DNA of 64,000 nt from an uncultured Bacteroidales bacterium (GTDB lineage: Bacteria > Bacteroidota > Bacteroidia > Bacteroidales > Paludibacteraceae), in the NCBI GenBank assembly GCA_900321005.1, contig ONUF01000015.1:1414-65413 (forward strand), read 5' to 3'. Below are positions 29,001 through 36,867 of the stretch, one piece after another (the stretch's first letter is position 1; each line of letters begins with the position of its first letter). A model generated the notes under the pieces. It made no database searches, was not told the DNA's origin, and worked only from the letters and a program-made list of their open reading frames with translations. The position numbers and the translations under genes were made by a program.

Positions 29001-32000
29001 GGAAGCGTAACGGGTCATGTCAGCACGAAAGTAACGCTGCCAACGGCGACTCCTAGCACGGGCTATTACTTCACGGGTTGGGAAGTAACCAGCGGAACAG
29101 CAACACTGACTAGCGAGTCGAGCGCGAATGCAGCACAAATCAACGGCATGACAGCCGCTGTGACCGTGCGTGCGAACTTCGCTCCGATTTGGTATCTCAA
29201 GGGTGATTTCAACTCTTGGGGAGAAGGAAATCCGATTGCTCTGGCAAGTGCTACTTCCGGCTCTGTAACTTTGACTACTACGTCGGCTAAATTGTCGAAT
29301 AGCAAGTTTAAGATTTGGAACAAGCAAACAGACACCTATTACCAGAAAGCAAACCATGCTATTACCCGTGCAGCAAATACGGCGAGTGGTGGTTGGACAA
29401 ATGGCGGAACAAGCAACGACATGAAGTTCAACAGCGATGTCATCGGTGATTATATATTTGCTGTGACATTGTCATCCAACATTCCTTCCGCACTAACCGT
29501 CACCTATCCGGCGGCATATACCGTAACGTTCGGCATGGGTACTGGTGGTAGTACGATTACTGCAAGCACACCAAGTGCAGGTGGATCATTCACTTCGGGT
29601 GATTATGTGGCTTCCGGTGCTGATGTGACTTTCACTCAAACAGCTTCTTCAACCGGATACACCTTTACGGGTTGGTACACAACGAAGGATACGGGAGGTT
29701 CTGCTGTTACCGGCATGGGCGTTAGCGACAATGTATTAGAGAACGTCACGGCAAACAAAACCGTTTGGTCACGTTATACCGCTAACAATTATACCGTAAC
29801 GTTTGATAAGAACGGAGGAACAGTAACTCCATCTCCGACCAGCAAGAGTGTGACCTTCGGCTCGGCATATGGTGAATTACCCAGCGGAATGAAACACACA
29901 AGCAAGACCTTCGTAGGATGGTTCACAGAAAGCAGCGGCGGAACACTAGTTACTGCAGAAACTATAGTCAGCACGGCAAGTAACCACACGTTGTACGCAC
30001 AGTACGAGGATGTATACTCTGTGAACGTGGACTTCAAGTGTGGGGGTGCTAAAATCTATCCATCAACGGTTGTGAACGCTTCTCCGACCGCTTTGAGACC
30101 GACCATTACTGCGCCAGAGATCTTCGGTTATAGTTTCGTTAATTGGACCGGTGATGATGTTACTCCTGCAAGTGCGACAAGCGCGACAACAACTATTACA
30201 GCTACCGCAGCAACAACTATTACTGCAAACTATGCTGAAGTTCCAACGGTTTACTTCAAGAACAACCTTGAATGGGATTCCGTATTCGTATCGTTCGATA
30301 TTACGTGGACTACAGCCGGCGAAAAACAAGTGCCCAATAACAGCGGTAAGCCCTATTATGCTATGAAGCAAATTGGTACGACGGATATCTACTATTGCGA
30401 GATTCCGAGCACCTATACTGCCAGCAACTATGCAAGTTGGAGCGCAAATATTGCCTTCGACAACCAGAACTACAACCACAAGGCCACCACTACCCATACC
30501 GGAAATATGACGAGCTTCTACCAAGGCGAGTTCACCGGTCGTGGAGACTTTGACCCGAAAGCTACGTTGTTTATCCCATACAATGGCGATACCGAAGCAC
30601 GTAATGGCGGTACGTTCTACAAGACCGGTTGCTGGATGAAATATAACTCCACCGAATCAGGGTATCAACTGAATATGAATGAGTGGGTAACGGGAGAACA
30701 TGATGATCTGGCAACTCCAAATCTTACTGCTCCAACTGCAGGAGGATACGAGTTCTCTGCTACTGTTAACTTGTCAAATGCTGACTATAGTTATGGTTTC
30801 AAACTATACAAACAATATCAAAAGAACACAACGGATCTTTGGTACACCAATACCGGCACTATTAATGCCAGCACAGAGAGCTTGCCTTGGCATTTCTGGG
30901 CGGGTAGCACTATTACCGAAACTTCTCAACGTTGCGAATTACATACGGAGGCTGTCGGCGACTATAAGATCTCCGTTTCGTTTGCAACGGGTAGGCCGAT
31001 GGTAAATGTCGAGTATCCGACTCAGGTAGGCGATTGGCGTCTGGCTTACAACGACCGTATCGCATGGTCGGGCGACGCACATGCCGCAGATTGGTATATC
31101 TATTCACGCGTTATCAAAGCGAAAGCCGATGCAGAGGATCTCGTATCCTTCTACGTAAGCAAAGCTGTCGGCGCGAACGCGCATATCGAGTTGCAGAAAT
31201 GTACGGATATTAATCCTTCGACCGGCGCAGAGACATGGACCAAACAAGGTGACAATCTTGACCTCTCATCCATCACCGGAACCGGTATCTATAACTTCAA
31301 GGTTACGCAGAATGGAAGCAAAGTCGCTACCGCGGCTTATGATGGAGCTTATGAAGGCAACTTCTACATTCGCACCGATGCTTCGGATGGCGGATGGACG
31401 AACTACATCAGTTCAGGCAAGAACGTAATGACCTATTCGGAGTACGCAAAAGACTACAGCGGCTTCACGCACTACTATATGCGCTTCGTGGAGACCGGTA
31501 CGAACATCAAGTTTTGTATCGCCAACGACTATAGTCCGTGCCTCACGGAGTATTGTATAGACGATGACTATACAGGTGAGTATATCGAGGCTAAGGGCAA
31601 TGTACGCTACATGTGGGATCATCGCACGAATAAAGTCAGCCGCGCGTACATCAGCGGTTCTTCCGTAGTTTCCGACCGATTCCTCGTGCTGGAAGGAAAT
31701 ACCATGATTATGGCGGAAGACGGCACACCTCTGGCTATTGCTGGTCTGAATGCAAACGAGAAGAACTTTGCCGATGACCAGAACTGGATTTACGAAGCAA
31801 CTATTAAGGCAAAGCCAACAGCACGCGTTAAGTTGACTGCTAAGTTCAATAATCAGGTTCAGTACTTCAAGGGTTCAGAAGGTGCGTTTGCAGAAGGAAC
31901 AACTGTACAACTGATCGGCGGTACGGGTGATGACGCATACAAGATACGCGTTATCTATGATTTCAAGACCAACCGATTGGTAGGAGCTTGGCTGCCGGAT

Positions 32001-33479
32001 GATGAGACGGTGATTAGTAGCGATTGGCCGATAGATGCGGACATTATGGTGCTCCGTTATCACCAAGAAGGCGCGAAACAAATTAAGTTCTCCGGAAGCG
32101 GCGCATTGAGCGATGTGAAGACCGTATATGGAGCAATGCAGTTCAATAAATACCGTGTCAACAATAAAAGAGAAACTGCTCCACATGCCAACCTCGGATT
32201 GTCTAACTATGAGCGCGACTTGTACTGGATATCCTTCCCGTTTGAAGTGAAACTGAGTGACGTATTCGGTTTCGGAACCTACGGCAAGCACTGGATTATT
32301 GAGTACTACGACGGAAAGACTCGTGCTGCAAACGGCTTCTGGGCAGACAGCGATCCTAACTGGAAGTTCGTAACACCGAGTATGCGTAATAACGGCTACG
32401 TACTTAAAGCCAACCAAGGATATGTCCTTGCATTGGATCTGGATAATATGACCGAGGAGTCCGATGTCTGGGCTTATGGCACAGAGAATGTCTATCTGTA
32501 CTTCCCGTCGACGGCTCATGTAAGCGACATCGATGCGATGGACAGTAAGACGATTAGTATTGACCAAACAGGCTATGAGTGTACGATTAATCGTGGCACG
32601 CCGGATGGTGACCGTCGCGTAAAAGACAGTTACTGGCATGTGCTTGGCGTACCGAGTTATGCTAACGCAAGCCATGAAACGGCAAATGCATGGACAGGAA
32701 CAGTACCGAATATCGATCCGGATAACTGGACATCATCAGCTCCGTATATTTACGAGTGGGTTCCTTCAACCAACAAGTACACCGTTCATAGCAGTTCGTC
32801 AATGACATTCTTGCCGATGCATAGTTATTATGCTCAATATGCGCAAACGACTATCACTTGGACGAACATCAATGCAACTCCTGCGGCTTTGGTTGCACGT
32901 CGCAATGCGGCCCGCAAGAGCAATTATGAGTTCCGCATGGAAATGACTCTGGGCGATGAGGTAGCAGACCAGACCTTTGTTAGCTTCCGCGATGATGAAG
33001 CCGTTACGAATGAGTTTGACTTTAGCTACGACTTGAGTAAGATTACCAATGGTTCGTTTGCAAAGACTAACTGCATCTACACGCTGATTGGCTATGAGCG
33101 CGCTGCAGCTAACTGTTTGCCATTAGAAACAGAGGCAACCACTATCGTTCCTGTAGGCGTTAACATAGCGACCGCCGGCGAGTACACAATTGCTATCCCG
33201 AGCGGAACAAGCGGCGTAGGTGTGACACTGGTAGATAACGAGACGGGACTCCGCACCAACCTTGCGCTGGAGGATTACACCGTTGCGCTGGAGGCCGGCA
33301 CGCAAGACGACCGGTTCTACTTAGAGATCTCGCCGATCAAGCACGTCGCGACGGACATCGAGAATGTACAAAATGACGAAACCCAAAATGCAAAGGCACG
33401 CAAGGTTATCATCGATCAGAAGATGTACATCATCAAAGATGGTAGAGTATTTGACGCACAAGGTGCGAGAGTAAAATGA
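26100..33479 (+). CDS. Giant (2459 aa) cell-surface protein with Listeria-Bacteroides (InlB B-type) repeats, CBM-like modules and a possible T9SS-type C-terminal tail
   Basis: Signal/anchor AAMLIMLLTLGVGQMWA. At least 8 repeats of the form NYTVT(L/F)DKNGG...GY.F.GW(Y/F)T...GGT...LYA.W. WHLVGE/WYLKGDFNSWG modules. The C-terminus reads AGEYTIAIPS...VTLVDNETG...DRFYLEISP...KMYIIKDGRVFDAQGARVK. Confidence 0.8.
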   Translation: MKIFNLIKRLWTDSHEKQSPQRFGRYAAMLIMLLTLGVGQMWANGDIYGCWFSYSYSGTTGDNNDYNTSGDKDKDLGTLTADLIVTSVYLKIWDDQSGSRAWTNGQLCYTTDNWANTSYVGSNNWTLGSKSGNNYQLEKSSTSWTLASATGASGSYTLKYYWQVWGGGDKYLNNGGSNYSFTYKVAPPAVSGFTITPSGEGYVSGSGTSGDPYIIHRSSGNLTLTISGSQAHTDANSVAEYSVDGGSTWSTSVDYVTINRAFASTTAKSKTLKMRYKNSTASLTGTESSFTAYYKLEAGYTITKWGTTTGGSYTVPSSAGAVSGGTVSASPSTGYNFGSWSVTSGSGTWENSTSTASNKFYPTSNSTLKATFTAKNYTVTLDKNDGDSNGSIRTTYNSTSTSSFTGASRVGYSCDGYFTASDGGTKIINADGTLVNETVSGWLSSGKWVKNAATITLYAHWIENATNYTLHYTYGTGLSSLFSSISAVNSSDASAISDNASLVSGTGVTLTATPATHYRFDGWYSAAGCAANTLVSTNNPYSFTMDDDINLYAKAVLMTTTITLDANGGAGGTSSVTATHGSNSLSSSITKPTRTGYTLSGWYTEESGGTQVILSSGYTKGSVSGYTDASGNWTYTESTLTLYAHWTEQKKTLTPTVNYNGGATPSPAYTATSANTVGVATTTVLTASEPNAEHYTFAGWTLTNLTVTSGNAATDRIITVKITDYSQAISAVANYTEVLTSRWHLVGESSDFPDGWNVNSTTMMQKKTGHSTEDAVYFTVDVNSTDAKEFKIVDDNGASADIWYGYSNEAQYQRNWTSTNTYTIYSGSGNGQNLKYTPTVVGPYEFKVDYSDADNVAVTVTFPTSYTLTYDIGTVKGNNGSISTSPSTSSGSKVLSGTDVTLTGPAAAAGYTWKGWYTNAGGTTGHIEDDTRAITVTMNADKTLYACYTENNYTVTVNAGAGGSVASGSVTGHVSTKVTLPTATPSTGYYFTGWEVTSGTATLTSESSANAAQINGMTAAVTVRANFAPIWYLKGDFNSWGEGNPIALASATSGSVTLTTTSAKLSNSKFKIWNKQTDTYYQKANHAITRAANTASGGWTNGGTSNDMKFNSDVIGDYIFAVTLSSNIPSALTVTYPAAYTVTFGMGTGGSTITASTPSAGGSFTSGDYVASGADVTFTQTASSTGYTFTGWYTTKDTGGSAVTGMGVSDNVLENVTANKTVWSRYTANNYTVTFDKNGGTVTPSPTSKSVTFGSAYGELPSGMKHTSKTFVGWFTESSGGTLVTAETIVSTASNHTLYAQYEDVYSVNVDFKCGGAKIYPSTVVNASPTALRPTITAPEIFGYSFVNWTGDDVTPASATSATTTITATAATTITANYAEVPTVYFKNNLEWDSVFVSFDITWTTAGEKQVPNNSGKPYYAMKQIGTTDIYYCEIPSTYTASNYASWSANIAFDNQNYNHKATTTHTGNMTSFYQGEFTGRGDFDPKATLFIPYNGDTEARNGGTFYKTGCWMKYNSTESGYQLNMNEWVTGEHDDLATPNLTAPTAGGYEFSATVNLSNADYSYGFKLYKQYQKNTTDLWYTNTGTINASTESLPWHFWAGSTITETSQRCELHTEAVGDYKISVSFATGRPMVNVEYPTQVGDWRLAYNDRIAWSGDAHAADWYIYSRVIKAKADAEDLVSFYVSKAVGANAHIELQKCTDINPSTGAETWTKQGDNLDLSSITGTGIYNFKVTQNGSKVATAAYDGAYEGNFYIRTDASDGGWTNYISSGKNVMTYSEYAKDYSGFTHYYMRFVETGTNIKFCIANDYSPCLTEYCIDDDYTGEYIEAKGNVRYMWDHRTNKVSRAYISGSSVVSDRFLVLEGNTMIMAEDGTPLAIAGLNANEKNFADDQNWIYEATIKAKPTARVKLTAKFNNQVQYFKGSEGAFAEGTTVQLIGGTGDDAYKIRVIYDFKTNRLVGAWLPDDETVISSDWPIDADIMVLRYHQEGAKQIKFSGSGALSDVKTVYGAMQFNKYRVNNKRETAPHANLGLSNYERDLYWISFPFEVKLSDVFGFGTYGKHWIIEYYDGKTRAANGFWADSDPNWKFVTPSMRNNGYVLKANQGYVLALDLDNMTEESDVWAYGTENVYLYFPSTAHVSDIDAMDSKTISIDQTGYECTINRGTPDGDRRVKDSYWHVLGVPSYANASHETANAWTGTVPNIDPDNWTSSAPYIYEWVPSTNKYTVHSSSSMTFLPMHSYYAQYAQTTITWTNINATPAALVARRNAARKSNYEFRMEMTLGDEVADQTFVSFRDDEAVTNEFDFSYDLSKITNGSFAKTNCIYTLIGYERAAANCLPLETEATTIVPVGVNIATAGEYTIAIPSGTSGVGVTLVDNETGLRTNLALEDYTVALEAGTQDDRFYLEISPIKHVATDIENVQNDETQNAKARKVIIDQKMYIIKDGRVFDAQGARVK

Positions 33480-33493
33480 TGTATAAGGTATGA

Positions 33494-33525
33494 GTGAATT
33501 AGTGAATTAGAGAATTAGAGAAAGG
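33494..33525 (+). repeat. 8-nt tandem array GTGAATTA/GAGAATTA x4 forming the spacer before the 128-aa gene
   Basis: gtgaatta gtgaatta gagaatta gagaaagg, immediately followed by ATG. Confidence 0.9.
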
Positions 33526-33912
33526 ATGAAAGATATGAAAACGAAACTTTATATAAGCATTTTATTCTGCATCGTAGCAGCCAATACTTGGGCACAGACC
33601 TACCGGAACACCTATACTCCCAGCGAACCGCGGGAGTATGAGGTGATCCAGAGCCAGCAGATCATGAAAACCGGCGCGCATGACGGAACGATCTATGAGC
33701 CGTTCAGCAGCACTACTCCGTCCGAGCAGAGTGTTATAGGAGCGGCACAGACCACTTCCAACGGTCCTCACCGTGCTAAAAGGGATTTCGATACTCCGGG
33801 TGAGGAAAACCAATCCAACGAGTTCCCTCTCGGCGATGCGGCGCTGCCGTTGATGCTGTTCGCCGTTGCTTTTGGCGGGGTGATTGCCTTCCGCCGGAGA
33901 CGGGAGGCGTGA
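33526..33912 (+). CDS. Small secreted protein with a tripartite C-terminal sorting-signal-like tail
   Basis: Signal peptide KLYISILFCIVAANTWAQ and a low-complexity middle. The C-terminus FPLGDAALPLMLFAVAFGGVIAFRRRREA has motif, TM helix and Arg cluster, like PEP-CTERM or LPXTG-class signals. Confidence 0.6.
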   Translation: MKDMKTKLYISILFCIVAANTWAQTYRNTYTPSEPREYEVIQSQQIMKTGAHDGTIYEPFSSTTPSEQSVIGAAQTTSNGPHRAKRDFDTPGEENQSNEFPLGDAALPLMLFAVAFGGVIAFRRRREA

Positions 33913-33927
33913 TAACAGCAAACATAC

Positions 33928-33998
33928 CCGAATTATAGCCTGCAGCAATGCGGGCTATAGTTTTTTTGCGCAGCCAATTTGGTTTTAGTAAATAAACA
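33928..33998 (+). repeat. Direct repeat copy 1 (71 nt; includes the terminator)
   Basis: It differs from 34570-34641 at 2 substitutions plus one extra T in the T-tract. Confidence 0.9.
33934..33967 (+). terminator. Rho-independent terminator with a GNRA loop
   Basis: tatagcctgca-GCAA-tgcgggctata (11 bp including one G-U pair), then g and ttttttt. Confidence 0.8.
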
Positions 33999-34048
33999 AA
34001 AATACCAAAAATAATTATTGAACTCTTGCATATGTCAGAAAAAAGTTG

Positions 34049-34056
34049 TACTTTTG
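34049..34056 (+). promoter_or_regulatory. -7 box TACTTTTG for cassette 2
   Basis: gttgTACTTTTGcagc, 17 nt before the ATG at 34073. Confidence 0.55.
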
Positions 34057-34072
34057 CAGCGCAAAAGTTTAA

Positions 34073-34231
34073 ATGACAAAAAAACTGCCAATCATGGAAG
34101 CTGCATTAAAACAACCGATGAGCCAAGGAGGTTATGGAACAATCTCTGAGGAAAAATGGAACAGTCTGCATACCGTAGATGAACTGGATGCAACGTTGAA
34201 GGAGATCATCCACAACCATTTTCATGCATGA
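34073..34231 (+). CDS. Small protein (52 aa), candidate antitoxin of cassette 2
   Basis: Below the ORF-track cutoff. MTKKLPIMEAALKQPMSQGGYGTISEEKWNSLHTVDELDATLKEIIHNHFHA. It has the same GCATGA stop/start overlap as cassette 1. Confidence 0.5.
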   Translation: MTKKLPIMEAALKQPMSQGGYGTISEEKWNSLHTVDELDATLKEIIHNHFHA

Positions 34232-34548
34232 GAACATTGGAAGTGCGCATAGATGATGGAGTTTTCCTCGATTTAACTGAGTTTTACAAATTCAGTCTCC
34301 GGAAACATCCTGCGTTAGACGAAATTACGGTATTGAAGAAAGAGCAACGTCTTATCCAATCCTTAAAGGACTTAGGCAAATATGCTCTAACAGACAATAC
34401 GCCTGTGCGGCATATCCCTTGGATTCGAAAAGGATATAAAGATTATTATATCGAGGGTTTCCACTTCGGATATAAAATCGAGACTTTGCCCTCCGGCGAA
34501 CAAGTAGTAGTTGTATACGAAGCGCTCCACGAATTATTATTCGTATAA
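34228..34548 (+). CDS. ParE/RelE-like toxin-fold protein (106 aa), cassette 2
   Basis: YKDYYIEGFHFGYKIETLPSGEQVVVVYEALH aligns with YRELYVEHFHFAYKVYSLPTGETVLYYHDAVH of cassette 1. Confidence 0.5.
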   Translation: MRTLEVRIDDGVFLDLTEFYKFSLRKHPALDEITVLKKEQRLIQSLKDLGKYALTDNTPVRHIPWIRKGYKDYYIEGFHFGYKIETLPSGEQVVVVYEALHELLFV

Positions 34549-34569
34549 CGCACAACAAATAAGTAAAAA

Positions 34570-34641
34570 CCTAATTATAGCCTGCAGCGATGCGGGCTAT
34601 AGTTTTTTTTGCGCAGCCAATTTGGTTTTAGTAAATAAACA
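34570..34641 (+). repeat. Direct repeat copy 2 (72 nt; includes the terminator)
   Basis: Near-identical to 33928-33998. Together the two copies bracket cassette 2. Confidence 0.9.
34576..34610 (+). terminator. Rho-independent terminator with a GNRA loop (paralog)
   Basis: tatagcctgca-GCGA-tgcgggctata, then g and tttttttt. Confidence 0.8.
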
Positions 34642-34650
34642 TAGATAAAC

Positions 34651-34800
34651 TCCTCCGTATGAGTTAGCATGGTATACGGCCCACGCGGCCTTAGCATACT
34701 TGTCTACTAATACGCGCTCACAAGCGAGCTTGCAGCGCGGCTTACTAGCCAACTCCGCCGCACAAGAGTTGCGACATACCATACTACCTCATCCGTCGGC
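34651..34800. mobile_element. Hairpin-ended insertion element, copy A (150 bp), flanked by perfect GATAAAC direct repeats
   Basis: GATAAAC at 34644-34650 and again at 34801-34807. The roughly 30-nt termini tcctccgtatgagttagcatggtat / ataccatactacctcatccgtcgg are imperfectly complementary (about 21/30). The paralogous site at 33989-34020 lacks the insert. Confidence 0.6.
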
Positions 34801-34830
34801 GATAAACAAAAATAAAAATTATTTAAATCG

Positions 34831-34908
34831 AATTATTGAAATCGAATAATTATAAGTATAATAATTGAAGGCATAATTATTGAGATCGGATTATTCAAAT
34901 CGAATAAT
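34831..34908. promoter_or_regulatory. Array of AATTATTGA motifs including two perfect palindromes (candidate operator sites)
   Basis: aattatt-gaaatcg-aataatt (34831-34851) and attattc-aaatc-gaataat (34890-34908). Further AATTATTGA copies are at about 34874, about 34971 and 34012. Confidence 0.45.
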
Positions 34909-35019
34909 TGTAATTTAATTACGCTTGGAAGCGTAACGCTTAGAGGCGTAATAAGGACGAAAAATATGCAAAATTATTGAAATTTAATTATTTAATTTGC
35001 ATAATTCAAAAAAATGTAG

Positions 35020-35027
35020 TACCTTTG
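35020..35027 (+). promoter_or_regulatory. -7 box TACCTTTG for the ATPase gene
   Basis: gtagTACCTTTGcggg, 27 nt before the ATG at 35054. It lies inside the ORF-track N-terminal extension, which argues for the later start. Confidence 0.6.
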
Positions 35028-35053
35028 CGGGCAAAATAGAAAATATCTATACG

Positions 35054-36220
35054 ATGGATAAAATCACCAACCCATTTATCGTACAAGGCGACATCCCCGA
35101 GGCGTATTTCTGCGACCGCGAAAAGGAGACAGAGCATTTGATACGGTATATAACAAACGGCAATAATGTCGTTCTGTCTGCTCCGCGGCGCGTCGGGAAA
35201 AGCAAACTGATTGCACACTGCTTTGCACAACCGGAGATTAAAAAGCATTACTACACCATCTTCGTGGATATTCTGCAGACCAACAATCTGCAGGAGTTCA
35301 CATACGAATTGGGAAAAGCCGTGTTTGGAATTACCGGTTCTCTCGGCAGTAAGATGCTGAAGTTATTCGGGCAAACCGTTCACTCGCTACGTGGAGAATA
35401 TACGATAGACCCGATGACGAATCTGCCTAAATTCAGCATGGCTCTCGGGCATATCGAAAATCCGACATATACCATAGAGGAGGTGTTCGAGTTTCTCGAA
35501 AAAGCCGACAAACCATGTATTGTGGCGATTGACGAGTTTCAGCGCATAGCTCAATATCCGGAGAAGAATGTAGAGGCTATTCTGCGCACACATATCCAGC
35601 GTATGCGTAATTGCAACTTTATTTATGCCGGTTCTGAAAGACACCTATTGGGCCAGATGTTCTTAGACTATAACCGTCCCTTCTATCAGAGCTCGTCCAT
35701 GATGAACTTGGAAAAGATAGAGCGAAACAAATATAGCGCTTTTGCCGTCAAGCATTTTAATGAGTTCGGGAAGAGCATCACCGAAGAGAATGTCAACCGC
35801 GTATACGATTTATTCGACGGCAACACGTTCGCGATGCATAAAACGCTGAACGTAGCCTTCTCTATCACGCCGGAAGGGAACGAATGCGATCTACCTACCC
35901 TTCGCAAAGCGATAGAGAACATCTTGGGCGAAAGCGACCACGATTTTCGCGCCAGATTGATGCCTATGAGTTTGCCGCAAAAAGAAGTACTCTACGCGAT
36001 TGCACGCAGCGGCATTGCTACGCAGATTACCGGCGCTGATTTCTTAAAAAAGCACCATTTAGGTTCCTCCAGTTCTGTACAATCGGCGGTTCGCAAACTG
36101 CTGGCAGACGGATGGATTACAGAGTACTACAATGCTGATGGTAAGAAATGCTATCAGCTATACGACTATTTCCTGACCCTGTGGATTCAGCAGAATTACG
36201 GAAGAGGATACGAATTATAA
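35054..36220 (+). CDS. ATP-binding protein, Arch_ATPase (PF01637)/DUF234-like
   Basis: Start trimmed to MDKITNPFIVQG. Walker A SAPRRVGKS, Walker B IVAIDEFQ and a C-terminal winged-helix-like region. Confidence 0.7.
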   Translation: MDKITNPFIVQGDIPEAYFCDREKETEHLIRYITNGNNVVLSAPRRVGKSKLIAHCFAQPEIKKHYYTIFVDILQTNNLQEFTYELGKAVFGITGSLGSKMLKLFGQTVHSLRGEYTIDPMTNLPKFSMALGHIENPTYTIEEVFEFLEKADKPCIVAIDEFQRIAQYPEKNVEAILRTHIQRMRNCNFIYAGSERHLLGQMFLDYNRPFYQSSSMMNLEKIERNKYSAFAVKHFNEFGKSITEENVNRVYDLFDGNTFAMHKTLNVAFSITPEGNECDLPTLRKAIENILGESDHDFRARLMPMSLPQKEVLYAIARSGIATQITGADFLKKHHLGSSSSVQSAVRKLLADGWITEYYNADGKKCYQLYDYFLTLWIQQNYGRGYEL

Positions 36221-36253
36221 TTGATTATTGATGATTGATAATTGAAAATTAGT
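36219..36253 (+). repeat. Heptamer array AATTGAT-family x5 forming the ATPase-panD spacer
   Basis: aattgat tattgat gattgat aattgaa aattagt. It overlaps the TAA stop of the ATPase gene. Confidence 0.9.
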
Positions 36254-36260
36254 TAGCTCT

Positions 36261-36602
36261 ATGCTTTTGAATATACTGAAATCAAAGATTCACCGCGTAC
36301 AGGTGACAGAGGCGAACCTCGAGTATATCGGTTCCATCACGATCGACGAGGCACTCATGGAAGCGGCGAATATCGTTGCCGGCGAACGCGTGCAGGTAGT
36401 GGATAACACCAACGGTGCGCGGCTGGAGACATACGTGATAGCCGGCAAACGCGGGTCGGGGTGCATATGCATCAACGGCGCGGCGGCGCACTTAGTGCAC
36501 GTGGGCGACACGGTGATTATCATGGCGTACGCGATGATGACGCCGGAAGAAGCACGCTCGTTTAAGCCCGCGATTGTTTTTCCTGTGAATAATAAAATTT
36601 AA
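36261..36602 (+). CDS. panD: Aspartate 1-decarboxylase
   Basis: [29 protein letters not shown] (self-cleavage Gly-Ser site), 113 aa. Confidence 0.92.
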   Translation: MLLNILKSKIHRVQVTEANLEYIGSITIDEALMEAANIVAGERVQVVDNTNGARLETYVIAGKRGSGCICINGAAAHLVHVGDTVIIMAYAMMTPEEARSFKPAIVFPVNNKI

Positions 36603-36624
36603 TGGTAAATAAACAAAGATAAAC

Positions 36625-36758
36625 ACTGCTTGCATTGGTTGTTTGCGCTTAACGCGCTGCGAGTGACCGCCCAGCCTGCCTACTTACAAGTAAACTTAAT
36701 GTAGTCCGTCAGGACGACCCCTCACCGCCAACGGCGGTAAACATCCAACGCCAGCAGC
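36625..36758. mobile_element. Hairpin-ended insertion element, copy B (134 bp)
   Basis: Flanked by GATAAAC (36618-36624) and GATAAAA (36759-36765). Termini are ctgcttgcattggttgttt / aaacatccaacgccagcag. Internal hairpins are gcgc-ttaac-gcgc, gtcc-gtca-ggac and accgcc-aa-cggcggt. Confidence 0.6.
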
Positions 36759-36867
36759 GATAAAAAGAAATAAATTATTCATCCGCGACGAATTTTATCT
36801 ATGTTTATCGCCGAAGTTGGCTATTAACTCGCAAGAGTGTTGAGCACAAAATCCACAGGACTGAATT

